The translations under genes were made by a program, and so were the position numbers. 45,508 nt of DNA from Patescibacteria group bacterium. Its GTDB lineage: Bacteria; Patescibacteriota; Patescibacteriia; UBA11705; JABHMO01. The notes under the pieces were generated by a model, which made no database searches, was not told the DNA's origin, and saw only the letters and a program-made list of their open reading frames with translations. The DNA is taken from contig JAHIRY010000040.1 of NCBI GenBank assembly GCA_018818405.1, positions 1 through 45,508 of the forward strand, written 5' to 3'. Position 1 is the first letter of the stretch; each line of letters starts with the position of its first letter. This document shows positions 45,507 through 45,508 of the stretch, one piece after another.

Positions 45507-45508
45507 CA

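Larger units (their letters stand above)
34466..45508. mobile_element. Integron-like element: recombinase, attI-like site and at least 4 cassettes (continues off window)
   Basis: Divergent recombinase; GTT core sites at 35394, 43098, 43920 and 44800, the first three complemented by their own cassette 3' end. Confidence 0.85.

Noticed and set aside
1-45508. Alternative genetic code (UGA read as Gly), rRNA genes
   Set aside because: Genes end cleanly at TGA (for example the recombinase and 2970-3467) and long ORFs are intact in code 11; no rRNA-like sequence was seen.

Overview
The window looks like a Patescibacteria (CPR/Parcubacteria-type) chromosome segment in genetic code 11. This is inferred from compact genes, DUF5663-, PEGA- and baseplate-J-like proteins, and AT-rich housekeeping leaders without Shine-Dalgarno (SD) sites. 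Bases 1-34.3 kb are mostly core or envelope genes: pyrG, rplI, ctpA-like protease, murA, rmlB, an rmlD-rmlA fusion, rmlC, pgsA-like, an S8 protease and thrS. They also hold a tRNA-Gln locus with degenerate tandem copies and a small accessory island (NDT-like gene, zeta toxin). thrS is preceded by a transcription-terminating T-box riboswitch whose stem I is ultrashort and carries the Thr codon ACC in its apical loop. The main result is at 34.4-45.5 kb: an integron-like cassette system. A 270-aa tyrosine recombinase that lacks the IntI-specific insertion faces an attI-like site and at least four cassettes, with head-to-head promoters between them. Cassette 1 is 7.7 kb and carries type I restriction-modification plus AIPR. 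Cassette 2 carries a SAM methyltransferase. Cassette 3 has a gene-less body and a 782-bp attC with an antisense gene inside it. Cassette 4 carries a queuosine-salvage protein. The three attC-like sites share a conserved three-way-junction fold built from GNA-type ssDNA motifs, and the cassettes have extended terminal inverted repeats. All structures were read by eye. No database search or folding software was run, so family names come from motif recognition and novelty is unverified.
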